Assembly: GCF_044704955.1 (NCBI RefSeq)
Contig: NC_091979.1
Span: forward strand, 165,850,001-165,914,000
Reading direction: 5' to 3'
Length of the DNA: 64,000 nucleotides
DNA from: Pristiophorus japonicus
Lineage: Eukaryota
Under the pieces are notes generated by a model. That model saw only the letters and a program-made list of their open reading frames with translations. It was not told the DNA's origin and did no database searches. Position 1 is the first letter of the stretch. The number at the start of each line of letters is the position of its first letter. This document shows, piece by piece, positions 51,741 to 64,000 of the stretch. The translations under genes were made by a program, and so were the position numbers.

Positions 51741-52395
51741 GTATGAGACGAGAATATTTGTACTTCCATGAAGTAAGCTATGTGATTTGATGGCAATCAT
51801 GATCGTATCCATTCAAAGCTTTATTTGAAAAAAAAATTACATCAAAACATGAACCTTAAATCAACAACACTGCACTGTTTTTATTCCTAATAAGGGTGTC
51901 CTTTGATTTTAGAGCATTGTACATTATAATACTAGTACCAGACTTACAATTGCATATCTGGTAATAGAAGATGCAATGTCTCGAGTTTATTGCTGAAGGA
52001 AACAAGTATTGAGATTTCAACCAGCATTTGTATGAGAATGGGGAAGAAATTAAACTGGAGGGGATTCCATCATCGTCAAAAAAAAGATAGAGCTTTGAAG
52101 CTGAACTTGTAGCTTGAAACCCTCATGATAAGTAAAATAATGAGATCTCACAACATGCCCTCGCTCAATGTAATGTTGCAATGCATTGGTTTACGATTAT
52201 GACTTCTTCCTTAATTACATGACACTTAGAGATTCTGCAGTCTATCAGTGTTAGCACCACCATATTTCATAGCATGTAAGTAGCATGGGGTACTGAACAT
52301 CAAGATAAGTGGCTGCATAGAGAAGGAAATAATTTAGAGCTTTAGAAAGAATCAAAATAGTTTCTAAATATTTGGTAGCCTTTCTAAAATCTGTA

Positions 52396-52960
52396 GGGCT
52401 GGATTTTTCAGTCCTTTGTGCTCCGGGTTTTTCCCCGGAGCGGCGTGAAAGGCGACGGTGAGGTCTCCTGCGCCCCCTCGCCATCCTCCTGTTGGGTTTT
52501 ACGGCGGCGCAAGCAGCACCGCCGGGAAGAGCTGCGCTGGATGTGCAACGTCTCTGGTTGCGACAGCGGCAGTAGTTCTGAATCTTGCCTGATCCATCCA
52601 CCCGGAAGTGCACCCGCAATGACCGCCTGGGAAATCAGAGCGGTCCAGCATAGCCAATGGCACAGAGGAAGGTAAAGTGCTACAAAAGTAAGTGCAAGTG
52701 TTTATTCTTTTAACTTTTTTAGCAATTTGAGTTGTGGTGGCGTGGGCAATGTTTTGGGAATGGTTTTGTGGATTTTTTTTTAAGGTTTTCCGCCCCCGCA
52801 CTGCCCCCGCCCGCCCCCCCACCTTGCGCCATGAAAAGTGCCTTTAGCGCTGCGCTCCCTGACGCAGGGCCCAGATGCCCAAACTTACATACTAAAGCGC
52901 AAACTATTCCCGGACGGTAACTTTCCCGCCCCGAAAACAAAAAAGCCTAAAATCCAGCCC
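52396..52960. mobile_element. Harbinger-like MITE (565 bp)
   Basis: 12-bp TIR gggctggatttt / aaaatccagccc; 3-bp TSD GTA. Confidence 0.85.
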
Positions 52961-53174
52961 GTAGGATCTGGGAACAGATGGGGAAGAAGTCAGCATACTC
53001 TAAGGAACTAAACATGGTAAGACTGCATGACAGTACCATGCATCAAGATTACATGCCATAAAGTGCCACCTGTTAATCATGCTGCCCTTTTAGCGCTGAC
53101 CACAGTAAGCCCTGACAAACTTTACAGCTCTTTCATAGCATCTCAACACTTATTTAAGCTGCACCTTACATACT

Positions 53175-56075
53175 TTGATATTGAGGCTGAGCTGATAAGA
53201 GAGAACCAACATGGACTTGTAAAGGGTAGATCATGTCTAACAAACCTAATTGAATTTTTTCAGGAAGTAACTAAAGTAGTAGACCGGGGAATGTTTATAT
53301 GGACTTCCATAAAGCATTCGATAAGGTTCTACATAAGAGATTGTTATCTAAAATTAAAGCTTATGGAATTGAAGGTAAATTATTGATTTGGTCAGGAGGT
53401 TGGTTAGGTGGTAGAAGACAGAGAATAGGGAGAATGGGTATGTACTTGAATTGGAAGGAAATGACTTGTGGTGTCCTACAAGGATCTGTGCTGTGGTCTC
53501 AAATATTCACTATATTTATTAATGACTTAAATAATGCAATAGAGAGCTATGTATCCAAGTTTGCCGGTAACATCAAGATTGATGGTATAGTAAGTAGTGT
53601 AGACAGGAACATAAAATTACTAAGCGACATTGATAGATTAAGTGAGTGGATGAAACTGTGAGAGATGGACTTCAATGCAGGTAAGTGTGAGGCCATCCAT
53701 TTCGGGAAAAAAAAAGGATTGATCCGGTTATTATTTAAATGGTGAAAGCAAGGAACAGTGGAGGTCCGAGAAGATTTAAGGTCCATGTACACAGATCACT
53801 AAAATGTAGTGGTCAGGCACAAAAAAATAACTAAAAAGGCTAATGAAATGTTAGCCTTTATAACTAGACGGCTAGGGAGCGGAATTGGATTCCGCCCCAT
53901 TTGGGGACTGTAACCGAGTCGGGGCAGGACCTCCTGTGCCCGGCGCGGAAGTCCCGCCCCAGCCGTGAAATTCGGGTAAATTGGATTCAAAGACTGGCAG
54001 GCAGAAATATAATGGAGCAATGGATGGCATTTAAAGAGGAGATGGTTTGGGTACAGTCTAGGTACATTCCCACAAGGGGTAAAAGGGAGGGCAACCAAAG
54101 CCAGAGCTCCCTGGATGACTGAGAGTAGGATAAAGCAGAAAAAGATGTCAGTTTGATAATACAAAGGAGAATTAGGCTGAATATAATAAGTACAGTGGAG
54201 AAGATAAAAAAGGGGCAAAGAGATAGTACGAGAATAGATTGCTGGCTAACAAGGGAATCTAAAGGTCTCCTATAGGCATATTAACAGTGAACGGAACCAA
54301 AATGGAAATATATTGGTGGAGGTGGAAAGCATGGCTAAGTACTTGGCATCAGAGTTTACTAAGGGAGAGGACTTTGCCATAGCAATGATAAATGAGAAGG
54401 TTGCTGGGATACTGGATGAGATAAAAATAGATAAAGAGGAATGAGACCTGGGTGTCATGGTACATCAGTCATTGAAAGTAGGCATGCAGGTACAGCAGGC
54501 AGTAAAGAAAGCAAATGGCATGTTGGCCTTCATAGCAAGAGGTGAGTATAGGAGCAGGGAGGTCTTGCTGCAGTTGTACAGGGCCTTGGTGAGACCACAC
54601 CTTGAGTATTGTGTGCAGTTTTTGCTATTGAGGGAATGCAGCGAAGATTCACCAGACCGATTCCCAGGATGGCAGGACTGAGATATGAAGAAAGACTGGA
54701 TCGGCTAGGCTTATATTCACTGGAATTTAGAGGAATGAGAGGGGATCTCATAGAAGCATATAAAATTCTGATGGGATTGGACAGGTTAGATGCAGGAAGA
54801 ATGTTCCTGATGTTGGGGAAGTGCAGAACAAGTCTAAGGATAAGGGGTAAGCCATATAGGACCGAGATGAGAAGAAACTTTTTCACTCAGAATTGTGAAC
54901 CTGTGGAATTCTCTACCACAGAAAGTTATTGAGTCCAGTTCGTTGGATATATTCAAAAGGGAATTAGATGTGGCCCTTACGGCTAAAGGGATCAGCGGGT
55001 ATGGAGAGAAAACAGGAATGGGGTACTGAAGTTGCATGATCAGCCATGATCATATTGAATGGTGGCGCAGGCTTGAAGGGCCGAATGGCCTACTCCTGCA
55101 CCTATTTTCTATGTTTCTATGTTAAGGACTAGGAATGCTGGTGGTACTTCATGAATAAGTGACCCAGTCCGGATGGGGTGCATCCTAGGTTGCTGAGGGA
55201 ACAATCTTCCAGTCCTCCTTGGATACAGGAGTGGTGCCAGAGGACTAGAGGATTGCAAATGTTACACCCGAGTTCAAAAAAGGGGAGAATGATAAACCTG
55301 GCAATTACAGGCCAGTCAGTTTAATGTTGGTGGTGGGGAAGCTTTCAGAAACAATAATCCGGACGTAAATGAACAGACACTTGGAACGGCATGGACTAAT
55401 AAAGGGGATCCAGCATGGATTTGTTAAGAGCAATTAGTGTTTTGACTAACTTGATTGATGTTTTTGTTGAGCTAACAGGTGGATGAGGACAGTGTAGTTG
55501 ATGTTTTGTATTAGGACTTTCAAAAGGCGTTTGATAAAATACCACATATTAGGCTTGTTAGCAAAATTGAAGCCCACAGGATAAAAGGGGCAGTAGCAGC
55601 ATGGATACAAAATTGCTAAGGGATAGAAAACAGAGTTGTGCTGAATGGCTGTTTTTCAGATTGGAGGTAGGTATACAGTGGAGTTCCCCAAGGTTCAGTA
55701 CGAGGGCCAGTGCTGTTTTTGATGTACATTAATGACTTGCAAAACACAATTGAGCTAATTAGAAGGGATTCTTGCGCTGCGCTGGCATACGTAGGAGGAG
55801 CAGCACTACAACAATAAATGTGACCGAGAGATGTTACATATTAATATATCATATGGTAGTACATCTATGTGGAAATCACTGCCCCAGAGAGCTGTGAAGG
55901 CGGGATCAGTCAGAGATAGACAGAATCTCTGCTAGATAGAGTGAAGGTTTATGGGGAGCAGGCAGGGAAGTGGAGCTGAGCCCTACATCAGATCAGCAAT
56001 GATCTTATCAAATAGCAGAGAAGGCTCAAGGGGCCAGTAGGCCTGCTCCTGCTCCTATTTCTTATGTTCTTATGT
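53175..56075 (+). mobile_element. Cluster of old CR1 fragments with a younger CR1 3' end nested at 54441-55122
   Basis: NQHGLVKGRSCLTNL, MDFHKAFDKV and RPHLEYC; tails at ~55110 and ~56065. Confidence 0.82.
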
Positions 56076-56099
56076 TGTTAACCTGAGAATAGGACAGAA

Positions 56100-59000
56100 G
56101 CTGCATGCATAACATGTCATAATTCATATATGAATTGCTACTACATTACTTTACACATTACTCACGTGACGCAAGGGAGCGCTCTGCCTTACCACGGGTG
56201 GTGGCCGAGCGACTGTGGCTGCCGACCAGTGCCGCAGCGCATTCCTCAAGGTCAGTCAGGACGGTGAGCTGGGCAGGGCCTCCTCCCGTGCGCCTGTGCT
56301 CAGCTCAATTCTTAGATATTTTCCTCTGCAAATGTAACAATAGCATGCCATAAGCTAATTGACTAGGTACTATCATGGAAAGACACCAGTTTCCAATGTT
56401 TATAGAAACATAGAAACATAGAAAATAGGTGCAGGAGTAGGCCATTCGGCCCTTCGAGCCTGCACTGCCATTCGATAGATCATGGCTGATCATTCCCTCC
56501 GTACCCCTTTCCTGCTTTCTCTCCATACCCCTAAATCCCCTGAGCCATAAGGGCCATATCTAACTCCCTCTTGAATATATCCAATGAACTGGCATCAACA
56601 ACTCTCTGCAGCAGGGAATTCCATAGGTTAACAACTCTCTGAGTGAAGAAGTTTCTCCTCATCTCAGTCCTAAATGGCCTACCCCTTATCCTAAGACTAT
56701 GTCCCCTAGTTCTGGACTTCCCCAACATTGGAAGCATTTTTTCCGCATCTAACCTGTCCAGTCCCGTCAGAATCTTATACGTTTCTATGAGAACACCTCT
56801 CATCCTTCTAAACTCCAGTGAATAAAGGCCCAGTTGATCCAGTCTCCTCATATGACAGTCCAGCCATCCCTGGAATCAATCTGGTGAACCTTCGCTGCAC
56901 TCGCTCAATGGCAAGAATGTCCTTCCTCAGATTAGGAGACCAAAACTGAACACATTATTCCAGGTGAGGCCTCACTAAGGCCCTGTACAACTGCAATAAG
57001 ACCTCCCTGCTCCTATACTCAAATCCCCCAGCTATGAAGGCCAACATACCATTTACCGCCTGCTGTACCTGCATGCCCAGTGACTGATGTACCATGACAC
57101 CCAGGTCTTGTTGCACCTCCCCTTTTCCTAATCTGCCACCATTCAGATAATATTCTGCCTTCGTGTTTTTGCCCCCAAAATGGATAACCTCACATTTATC
57201 CACATTATACTGCATCTGCCTTGCATTTGCCCATTCACCTAACCTATCCAAGTCACCCTGAGCCTCTCAGCATCCTCCTCACAGCTCACACCACCACACA
57301 GTTTAGTGTCATCCGCAAACTTGGAGATATTACACTCAATTCCTTCATCTAAATCGTTAATGTATATTGTAAAGAGCTGAGGTCCCAGCACTGAGCCCTG
57401 CGGCACTCCACTAGTCACTGCCTGCCATTCTAAAAAGGACCCGCTTATCCCGACTCTCTGCTTCCTGTCTGCCAACCAGTTCTCTATCCACGTCAGTATA
57501 TTACCCCCAATACCATGCGCTTTGATTTTGCACAACAATCTCTTGTGCGGGACCTTGTCAAAAGCCTTTTGAAAGTCCAAATACACCACATCCACTGGTT
57601 CTCCCTTGTCCACTCTGCTAGTTACATCCTCAAAAAATTCCAGAAGATTTGTCAAGCATGATTTCCCTTTCATAAATCCTGAATTGATCCGATCCGACCA
57701 CTGCTTTCCAAATGCGCTGCTATTTCATCCTTAATAATTGATTCCAACATTTTCCCCACTACTGATGTCAGACTAACCGGTCTATAATTACCCATTTTCT
57801 CTCTCCCTCCTCTTTTAAAAAGTGGTGTTACATTATCTACCCTCCAGTCCATAGGGACTGATCCAGAGTCGATAGACTGTTGGAAAATGATCACCAATGC
57901 ATCCACTATTTCTCGGGCCACTTCCTTAAGTACTCTGGGATGCAGACTATCAGGTCCCGTGGATTTATCGGCCTTCAATCCCATCAATTTCCCTAACACT
58001 ATTTCCCACCTAATAAGGATATCCTTCAGTTCCTCCTTCTCACTAGACCCATTGTCCCCTAGTACATTCGGAAGGTTATTTGTGTCTTCCTTCGTGAAGA
58101 CAGAACCGAAGTATTTGTTCAATTGGTCTGCCATTTCTTTGTTCCCCATTATAAATTCACCTGAATCCGACTGCAAGGGACCTACGTTTGTCGTGTGCGG
58201 GAAGTGTATCTGCCTCCAGCTCCTGACGGACCGCATTGCGGCACTGGAGCTGCGGGTAGATTCACTCTGGAGCATGCACGATGCTGAGAATTACGTGAAT
58301 AGCACGTTTAGCGAGTTGGTCTCACCGCAGGTAAAGGGTACACAGCCAGATCGTAAATGGGTGACCATCAACAGGAAGAGCAGTGCAAGGAAGGTAGTGC
58401 AGGGGTCCCCTGCGGTCATCCCCCTGCAAAACAGATACACTGCTTTGGGTACTGTTCAGGGGGATGACTGTTCAGGGGGATGACTCTGCAGGTGAGGGCA
58501 GCAGCAGCCAAGTTCATGGCACCATGGGTGGCTCTGCTGCACAGGAGAGCAGGAAAAAGAGTGGGAGAGCTATAATGTTAGGGAATTCAATTGTAAGGGG
58601 AATAGATAGACGTTTCTGCGGCTGCAACCGAGACTCCAGGATGGTATGTTGCCTTCCTGGCGCAAGGGTCAAGGATGTCTTGGAGCGGGTACAGGACATT
58701 CTGAAAATGGAGAGTGAACAGCTAGTTGTCGTGGTGCATATAGGTACCAACGATATAGTAAAAAATGGGATGAGGTTCTACGAGACGAATTTAGGGAGCT
58801 AGGAGCTAAATTAAAAAGTAGGACCTCAAAGGTAGTAATCTCAGGATTGCTACCAGTGCCACGTGCTCGTCAGAGTAGGAATCGCAGGATAGCTCAGATG
58901 AATACGTGGCTTCAGGAGTGGTACAGAAGGGAGGGATTCAAATTCCTGGGACATTGGAACTGGTCCTGGGGGAGGTGGGACCAGTCCAAGCCGGACGGTC

Positions 59001-61457
59001 TGCACCTGGGCAGGACCGGAACCAATGTCCTCGGGGGAGTGTTTGCTAGTGCTGTTGGGGAGGAGTTAAACTAATATGGCAGGGGGATGGGAACCTATGC
59101 AGGAAGATAGTGGGAAATAAAATGGAGGCAGAAGCAAAAGATAGAAAGGAGAAAAGTAAAAGTGGAGGGCAGATAAACCCAAGGCAAAAAACAAAAAGGA
59201 CCACATTACAGCAAAATTCTAAAGGGGCAAAGTGTGTTAAAAAGACAAGCCTGAAGGCTCTGTGCCTCAATGCGAGGAGTATTCGGAATAAGGTGGACGA
59301 ATTAACTGCGCAGACAGTAGTTAACGGATATGATGTAATTAGCATCATGGAGACATGGGTGACCAAGGCTGGGAACTCAACATCCAGGGGTATTCAACAT
59401 TTAGGAAGGATAGGCAGAGAGGAAAAGGAGGCGGGGTGGCGTTGCTGGTTTAAGAGGAAATTAATGAAATAGTAAGGAGGGACGTTAGCCTGGATGATGT
59501 GGAATCGGTATGGGTGGAGCTGCGGAATTCTAAAGGGCAGAAAACGCTAGTGGGAGTTGTGTACAGACCACCGAACAGTAGTAGTGAGGTTGGGGACAGC
59601 ATCAAACAAGAAATAAGGGATGTGTGCAATAAAGGTACAGCAATTATCATGGGCGACTTTAATCTTCATATTGATTGGGCAAACCAAACTGGCAGCAATG
59701 CGGTGGAAGAGGATTTCCTGGAGTGTATTAGGGATGGTTTTCTAGACCAATATGTCGAGGAACCAACTAGAGAGCAGGCCATCCTAGACTGGGTGATGTG
59801 TAATGAGAAGGGACTGATTAGCAATCTTGTTATTCGAGGCCCCTTGGGGAAGAGTGACCATCATATGGTAGAATTCTTTACTAAGATGGAGAGTGACACA
59901 GTTAATTCAGAAACTAGGGTCCTGAACTTAAGGAAAGGTAACTTCGATGGTATGAGACGTGAATTGGCTAGAATAGACTGGCAAAGGATACTTAAAGGGT
60001 TGACGGTGGATAAGCAATGGCAAACATTTAAAGATCACATGGATGAACTTCAGCAATTGTACATCCCTGTCTGGAGTAAAAATAAAACTGGGAAGGTGGC
60101 TCAACTGTGGCTAACAAGGGAAATTAAGGATAGTGTTAAAGCCAAGGAAGAGGCATATAAATTGTCTAGAAAAGCAACAAACCTGAGGACTGGGAGAAAT
60201 TTAGAATTCAACAGAGGAGGACTAAGGGTTTAATGAAGAGGGGGAAAATAGAGTACGAGAGGAAGCTTGCAGGGAACATAAAAACGGACTGCAAAAGCTT
60301 CTATAAATATGCTAATAGGGTTTGTATCCACAATTGATGCATGCTTATAACAAAGATCATGTTTCGGATCTAATGCTTGACACAAACATCCCAAATACAA
60401 TCTCCATTGAAGATTGGGGGTGGTGGGAATCAGGATAGCTGGTGAACTCAGCAACGACAGGAGCTAATGTCCCGAAGTGTCCCAGGGCAGTCAATGAGTC
60501 AGGGCAGCTCTCCCCCAGTCCAGGCTGGGTCATAGGCAGTCCCTGTGTAAGTGACAGCAGCCGGAGAGACTGACTCAGTCTGGGTAAAGGTGACTGGACA
60601 CCTCAGTGCTCAGTCATGCTCCATCCACCAATGTAACCCAAAAGGAGAAGGTGCCAAAATTAGACTTAAAAAGGGCACAGGTTACAAGCCCTGTCCAGAT
60701 TTTAGCTGGGAATATATGCAAGAATAACCAGCTTAATTTCAATCTGGGAGATTTACATATTATGTGGATCATTATAATTTAAAATCTATTTCATATGAAC
60801 TTGCCGATACAACCAGGCTGTTCTAGCGCTTGCGGCACTGGTTGGACCCCCTCGCCTCATGGGATGCCGACGAGACCACGTCGGCGATTTTGCCCCAAAT
60901 CTTCTTGTCAGCCCGGGGTGGAGGTTTACCACGCCCACCCCGGGTTAATTGGGCCCACTGGGAGTGCACCTTCTGGACGAGGGCCTCATTGACCTCGTCG
61001 GAGAAGGGTTTGGCCCTCCTTCCTGCAACCTCCTCCACACTCTCCCCATAGTCCTCGTGCAACATCTCCATAATTTTTGATAGATTTCTGATGATAACTA
61101 ACTCCTGCACTTGACAAATCACCAATCCTTCACTCCTTCCTTCACAAAAGCTCCCCTCCATACCACAAACACTCTCTCTCCCTCCCTTTGCTTTCTGCAC
61201 ATGGATGACCCTTGACCTCCCAAATCACAGGAAAACTTGTTTGCAAAAAAAAAACGCATGCGCGGAAAGGCTGTTGCTAGGGAAGCCTTGCCTTCCACAT
61301 CCCTGAGGCCAATTTTTCATCACTAAGGCCCAATCCACATCACTGAGTTATCGCTGGGTTATCGGCGAGGAAAAAAAGCCAAAAGTAGCGATCTGAAAAT
61401 GGGCGATCTTCCAGCGATCCTGAAAGCTGAACCATCGCTAAGGCTGGAACATCACCC
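56100..61457 (-). mobile_element. Second Harbinger-type Myb/SANT element (partial), split by an inverted CR1
   Basis: Exon 1 ~61071-60800 (KPFSDEVNEALVQKV..W..IW.KIA..VSSA...R..NQCRKR*); exon 2 56325-56166 (RKISKN*AEHRRTGGGPA..LTDLEE) with ag/gtgagt sites and the same phases as the 24620 element. Only one candidate TIR end, near 61457. Confidence 0.72.
56402..60311. mobile_element. CR1 LINE with 5' inversion: 3' half on minus (56402-58192), 5' half on plus (58192-60311)
   Basis: Minus part has the tail and RT. Plus part has the ORF1 SGNH-esterase (HIGTND, DGLHL) and APE. The two halves are adjacent, non-overlapping parts of one element. Confidence 0.9.
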
Positions 61458-61464
61458 ATTTTTT

Positions 61465-62145
61465 GGGTGCTGGAGTGTTTGTGCACAAATATTTGAAGGT
61501 GGCAGGACAGGTTAACAAAGCATATAGGATACGGGGCTTGATAAATCGAGGCATAGAGTACAAAAGCCAGGAAGTTATGCTAAACCTATATAAAACACTG
61601 ATTTGGCCCTGGCTGAAGTATTGTGTACTATTCTGGGCACCACACTTTAGGAAGGATATGAAGGCTTTGCAGAGGGTACAGAAGTGATTTACTGGAATGA
61701 TTCCAGGATGAGGGATTACAGTTGCTTGGATAGACTGGAGAAGTTGGGGTTGTTCTCCTTGGAGCAGTGATGGTTAAGAGACGATTTGATAGAGATATTC
61801 AAAATAATGAAGGGTTTAGATATAGTAAATAAAGAGAAATTGTTTCCAAAGGCTGAAGGGTCAAAAACCAGAGGGCACAGATTTAAGGTGATAGGCAAAA
61901 GAACCAGAGGCAACATGAGGAAAAACGAGCAGTTAGGATTTGGAATGCACTGCCTGATGGGGTGGTAGATACAGATTTAATAGTAGCCTTCAAAAGGGGA
62001 ATTGGATAAATACTTGAAGGAGAAAAAGTTGCAGGGTTATGGGGAAAGAACAGGTGAGTGGGACTAACTAGATTGCTCTTCGAAAGAGCCGACCCAGAGT
62101 CGATGGGCCAAATGGCCTCCTTCTGTGCTGCACTATTTCTATGAT
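61465..62145 (+). mobile_element. CR1 LINE 3' fragment
   Basis: LYKTLIWPWLKYCVLFWAP and TRGHRFK; tttctatgat tail. Confidence 0.85.
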
Positions 62146-62646
62146 AACTAGGCGTGTTGCAGCTGTACTTTATGTACAAGCTCAGCAAAACAACTTGAAT
62201 GCAGTGAATATTTCTCTTTCAGGCACAGGAAAATTTTAACTTACCATCATGGTACATGTTACAGAAGTTACTCGTCATTCAACGTGGCATAAAAATACAC
62301 CATCTGGCCTGAAACTATTCCCCCCCCACCTACCACCCCCCAAAAAAAAAATTACATTATTTTATAATTCGCTAAGAGCTAGCTTGGGAACAGCTGTGAC
62401 CCGACTTAGAAACAAGAGATTTTGAATATAACTGAGTCCTGAGACAGCTTTTTTAACTATTGTCCAATGACACTAGGTATGCTGACTAGCAAGTTGGCAA
62501 TCAAACTCTAAAGGACAATCCTAGTACAAATAGGTTCCCCACATCTCACTCCTTCTCCTAGAGTCTTGTTAGAAATTGCCAGTTAAGGCTATCTCTGGTT
62601 ACTTCAATAATCAGGTTCGACTGCAAACCAATCTGGTGGGTATATT

Positions 62647-63711
62647 GGGCCCAAGTTTCCACAGGATAAAAAACGGGCGCCCCTCCGAGCTGGGCGCCCG
62701 ATTTTCGCGCCTAAAACGGCGCCAGAAAAAAAACGCGCTATTCTCAAGCGCTTTGCAGCTCCTTGTCTGTTTGGCGCAGCACCCAGGGGGGCGGAGCCTA
62801 CACTCGCGCCGATTTTGTAAGTGGGAGGGGGCGGGTACTATTTAAATTAGTTTTTTTCCTGCCGGCAATGCTGCGCGTGCACGTTGGATCGTTCGCGCAC
62901 GCACAGTGTGAAGGAAACATTGGCACTCGGCCATTTTTGTAGTTCGTTGTAGCTGTTTAATTTTTGAACATTTTTTAATAAAAGCACATTGCCATCAGCA
63001 CATCAGCACTGAGGCTTCTTGCAGCCTTCTCACTGTCTCCTTCCCCTCCCTCCCCTCCGCGGCAACAAACGGCAGTTTCCTGCCCCTCCTTCCCCTCCAC
63101 GGCAACAAACGGCGGTTTCTTCCCCCTCCCTCCCCTCCGCGGCGGCAACAAACCGCTGTCTCCTTCCCCCCCCTCCCCTCCGCGGCAACAAACGGCGGTT
63201 TCCTTCCCCACCCCCCGCGGCAACGAACGATGGCTGAAGCACTTTCACACAGGTAGGAAGATGGTTTATTTCATCTTTTCTTTGCTTATAAATGTTTATT
63301 CAGATTGGATTTATTTGTATAATATTTGTAGAAGTATAAATAAGGATTGATTGTAGAATTTAATGACTTCCCTTCCCCCCCCCCTCCCCCCCACCTCGTT
63401 CTGGACGCCTAATTTGTAACCTGCGCCTGATTTTTTAATGTGTAGAACAGGTTTTTTCAGTTCTACAAAAATCTTCACTTGCTCCATTCTACTTTATTTT
63501 GGAGTACGTTTTCACTGTGGAAACTTTGAAATCAGGCGTCAGTGGCCGGACACGCCCCCTTTTGAAGAAAAAATTCTGTTCCAAAGTAGAACTGTTCTAC
63601 CTCACTAGAACTGCAGAAAAAAAAATGTGGAGAATTGCGATTTCTAAGATAGTCCGTTCTCCACCAGTTGCTCCTAAAAATCAGGCGCAAATCATGTGGA
63701 AACTTGGGCCC
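62647..63711. mobile_element. Harbinger-like MITE (1065 bp) with internal ~40-bp minisatellite
   Basis: 17-bp TIR gggcccaagtttccaca / tgtggaaacttgggccc; 3-bp TSD ATT; about 5 copies of ccctcccctccgcggcaacaaacg at 63040-63230. Confidence 0.88.
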
Positions 63712-63752
63712 ATTGTGTTTAATCAGAGTTAAAAGACGAAATACAACACTTT

Positions 63753-64000
63753 GGGCTGAAAATTGCAGTCTCGCAAAAGCCAGTCTTTGGGATGCAATGC
63801 GCATGCGCTGAAAACCGTTTTTTTCCAATCTGTCAAGATTTCGCTGTACAGATTCTGCGCATCCCTGGGAGAAGGACATCTGCGTGGGCGAGATTGGGCT
63901 ATTAGTCCAACTCATGCCCAGTGAATGTCCTTCAAACTTTTACGCCTGATAAAAGCAGGCACCTAGCTTACTTTTACCAGCGTAACACCTTTAAAACATA
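63753..64000. mobile_element. Probable further GGG-ended MITE running off the window
   Basis: Starts gggctgaaaattgc and contains tgcgcatgcgc; the other end is not visible. Confidence 0.4.

Noticed and set aside
63040-63230. ~40-bp repeat array that looks superficially CRISPR-like
   Set aside because: The context is eukaryotic, there are no unique spacers or cas genes, and it is a minisatellite within a TIR element.
51741-64000. Remaining map2 exons (repeats 2-4 and C-terminus)
   Set aside because: No VQIV/KCGS/PGGG-like coding segment was found by eye; they presumably lie downstream of the window.

Overview
This is a vertebrate genomic window, most likely from a cartilaginous fish (shark-like, judged from the dense CR1/Penelope/Gypsy repeat landscape). 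It covers the middle of the neuronal microtubule-associated protein 2 gene (map2) on the + strand. Nine coding exons can be read by eye with GT-AG sites and consistent phases. They include the 4.4-kb projection-domain exon and the exon carrying the Pro-rich region and first tubulin-binding repeat; the 5' and 3' ends of the gene lie outside the window. The introns are packed with decayed transposons: two full-length Gypsy LTR elements, many CR1 LINEs, a Penelope-like element with inverted termini and nested insertions, two PIF/Harbinger-type elements with only a Myb/SANT gene, and several MITEs. The most notable observations are: (1) a ~45-aa tandem repeat array in the MAP2 projection domain; (2) a candidate extra 72-nt cassette exon; (3) a CR1 with a twin-priming-type inversion; (4) CTCF-like motifs in unrelated LTRs; (5) MITEs carrying NRF1-like motifs plus splice donors; (6) inverted CR1s flanking a stop-free, frame-closed exon block. 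Comparisons to mammalian MAP2 are from recalled sequence, not a database search. Repeat boundaries are approximate unless a TSD or TIR is quoted.
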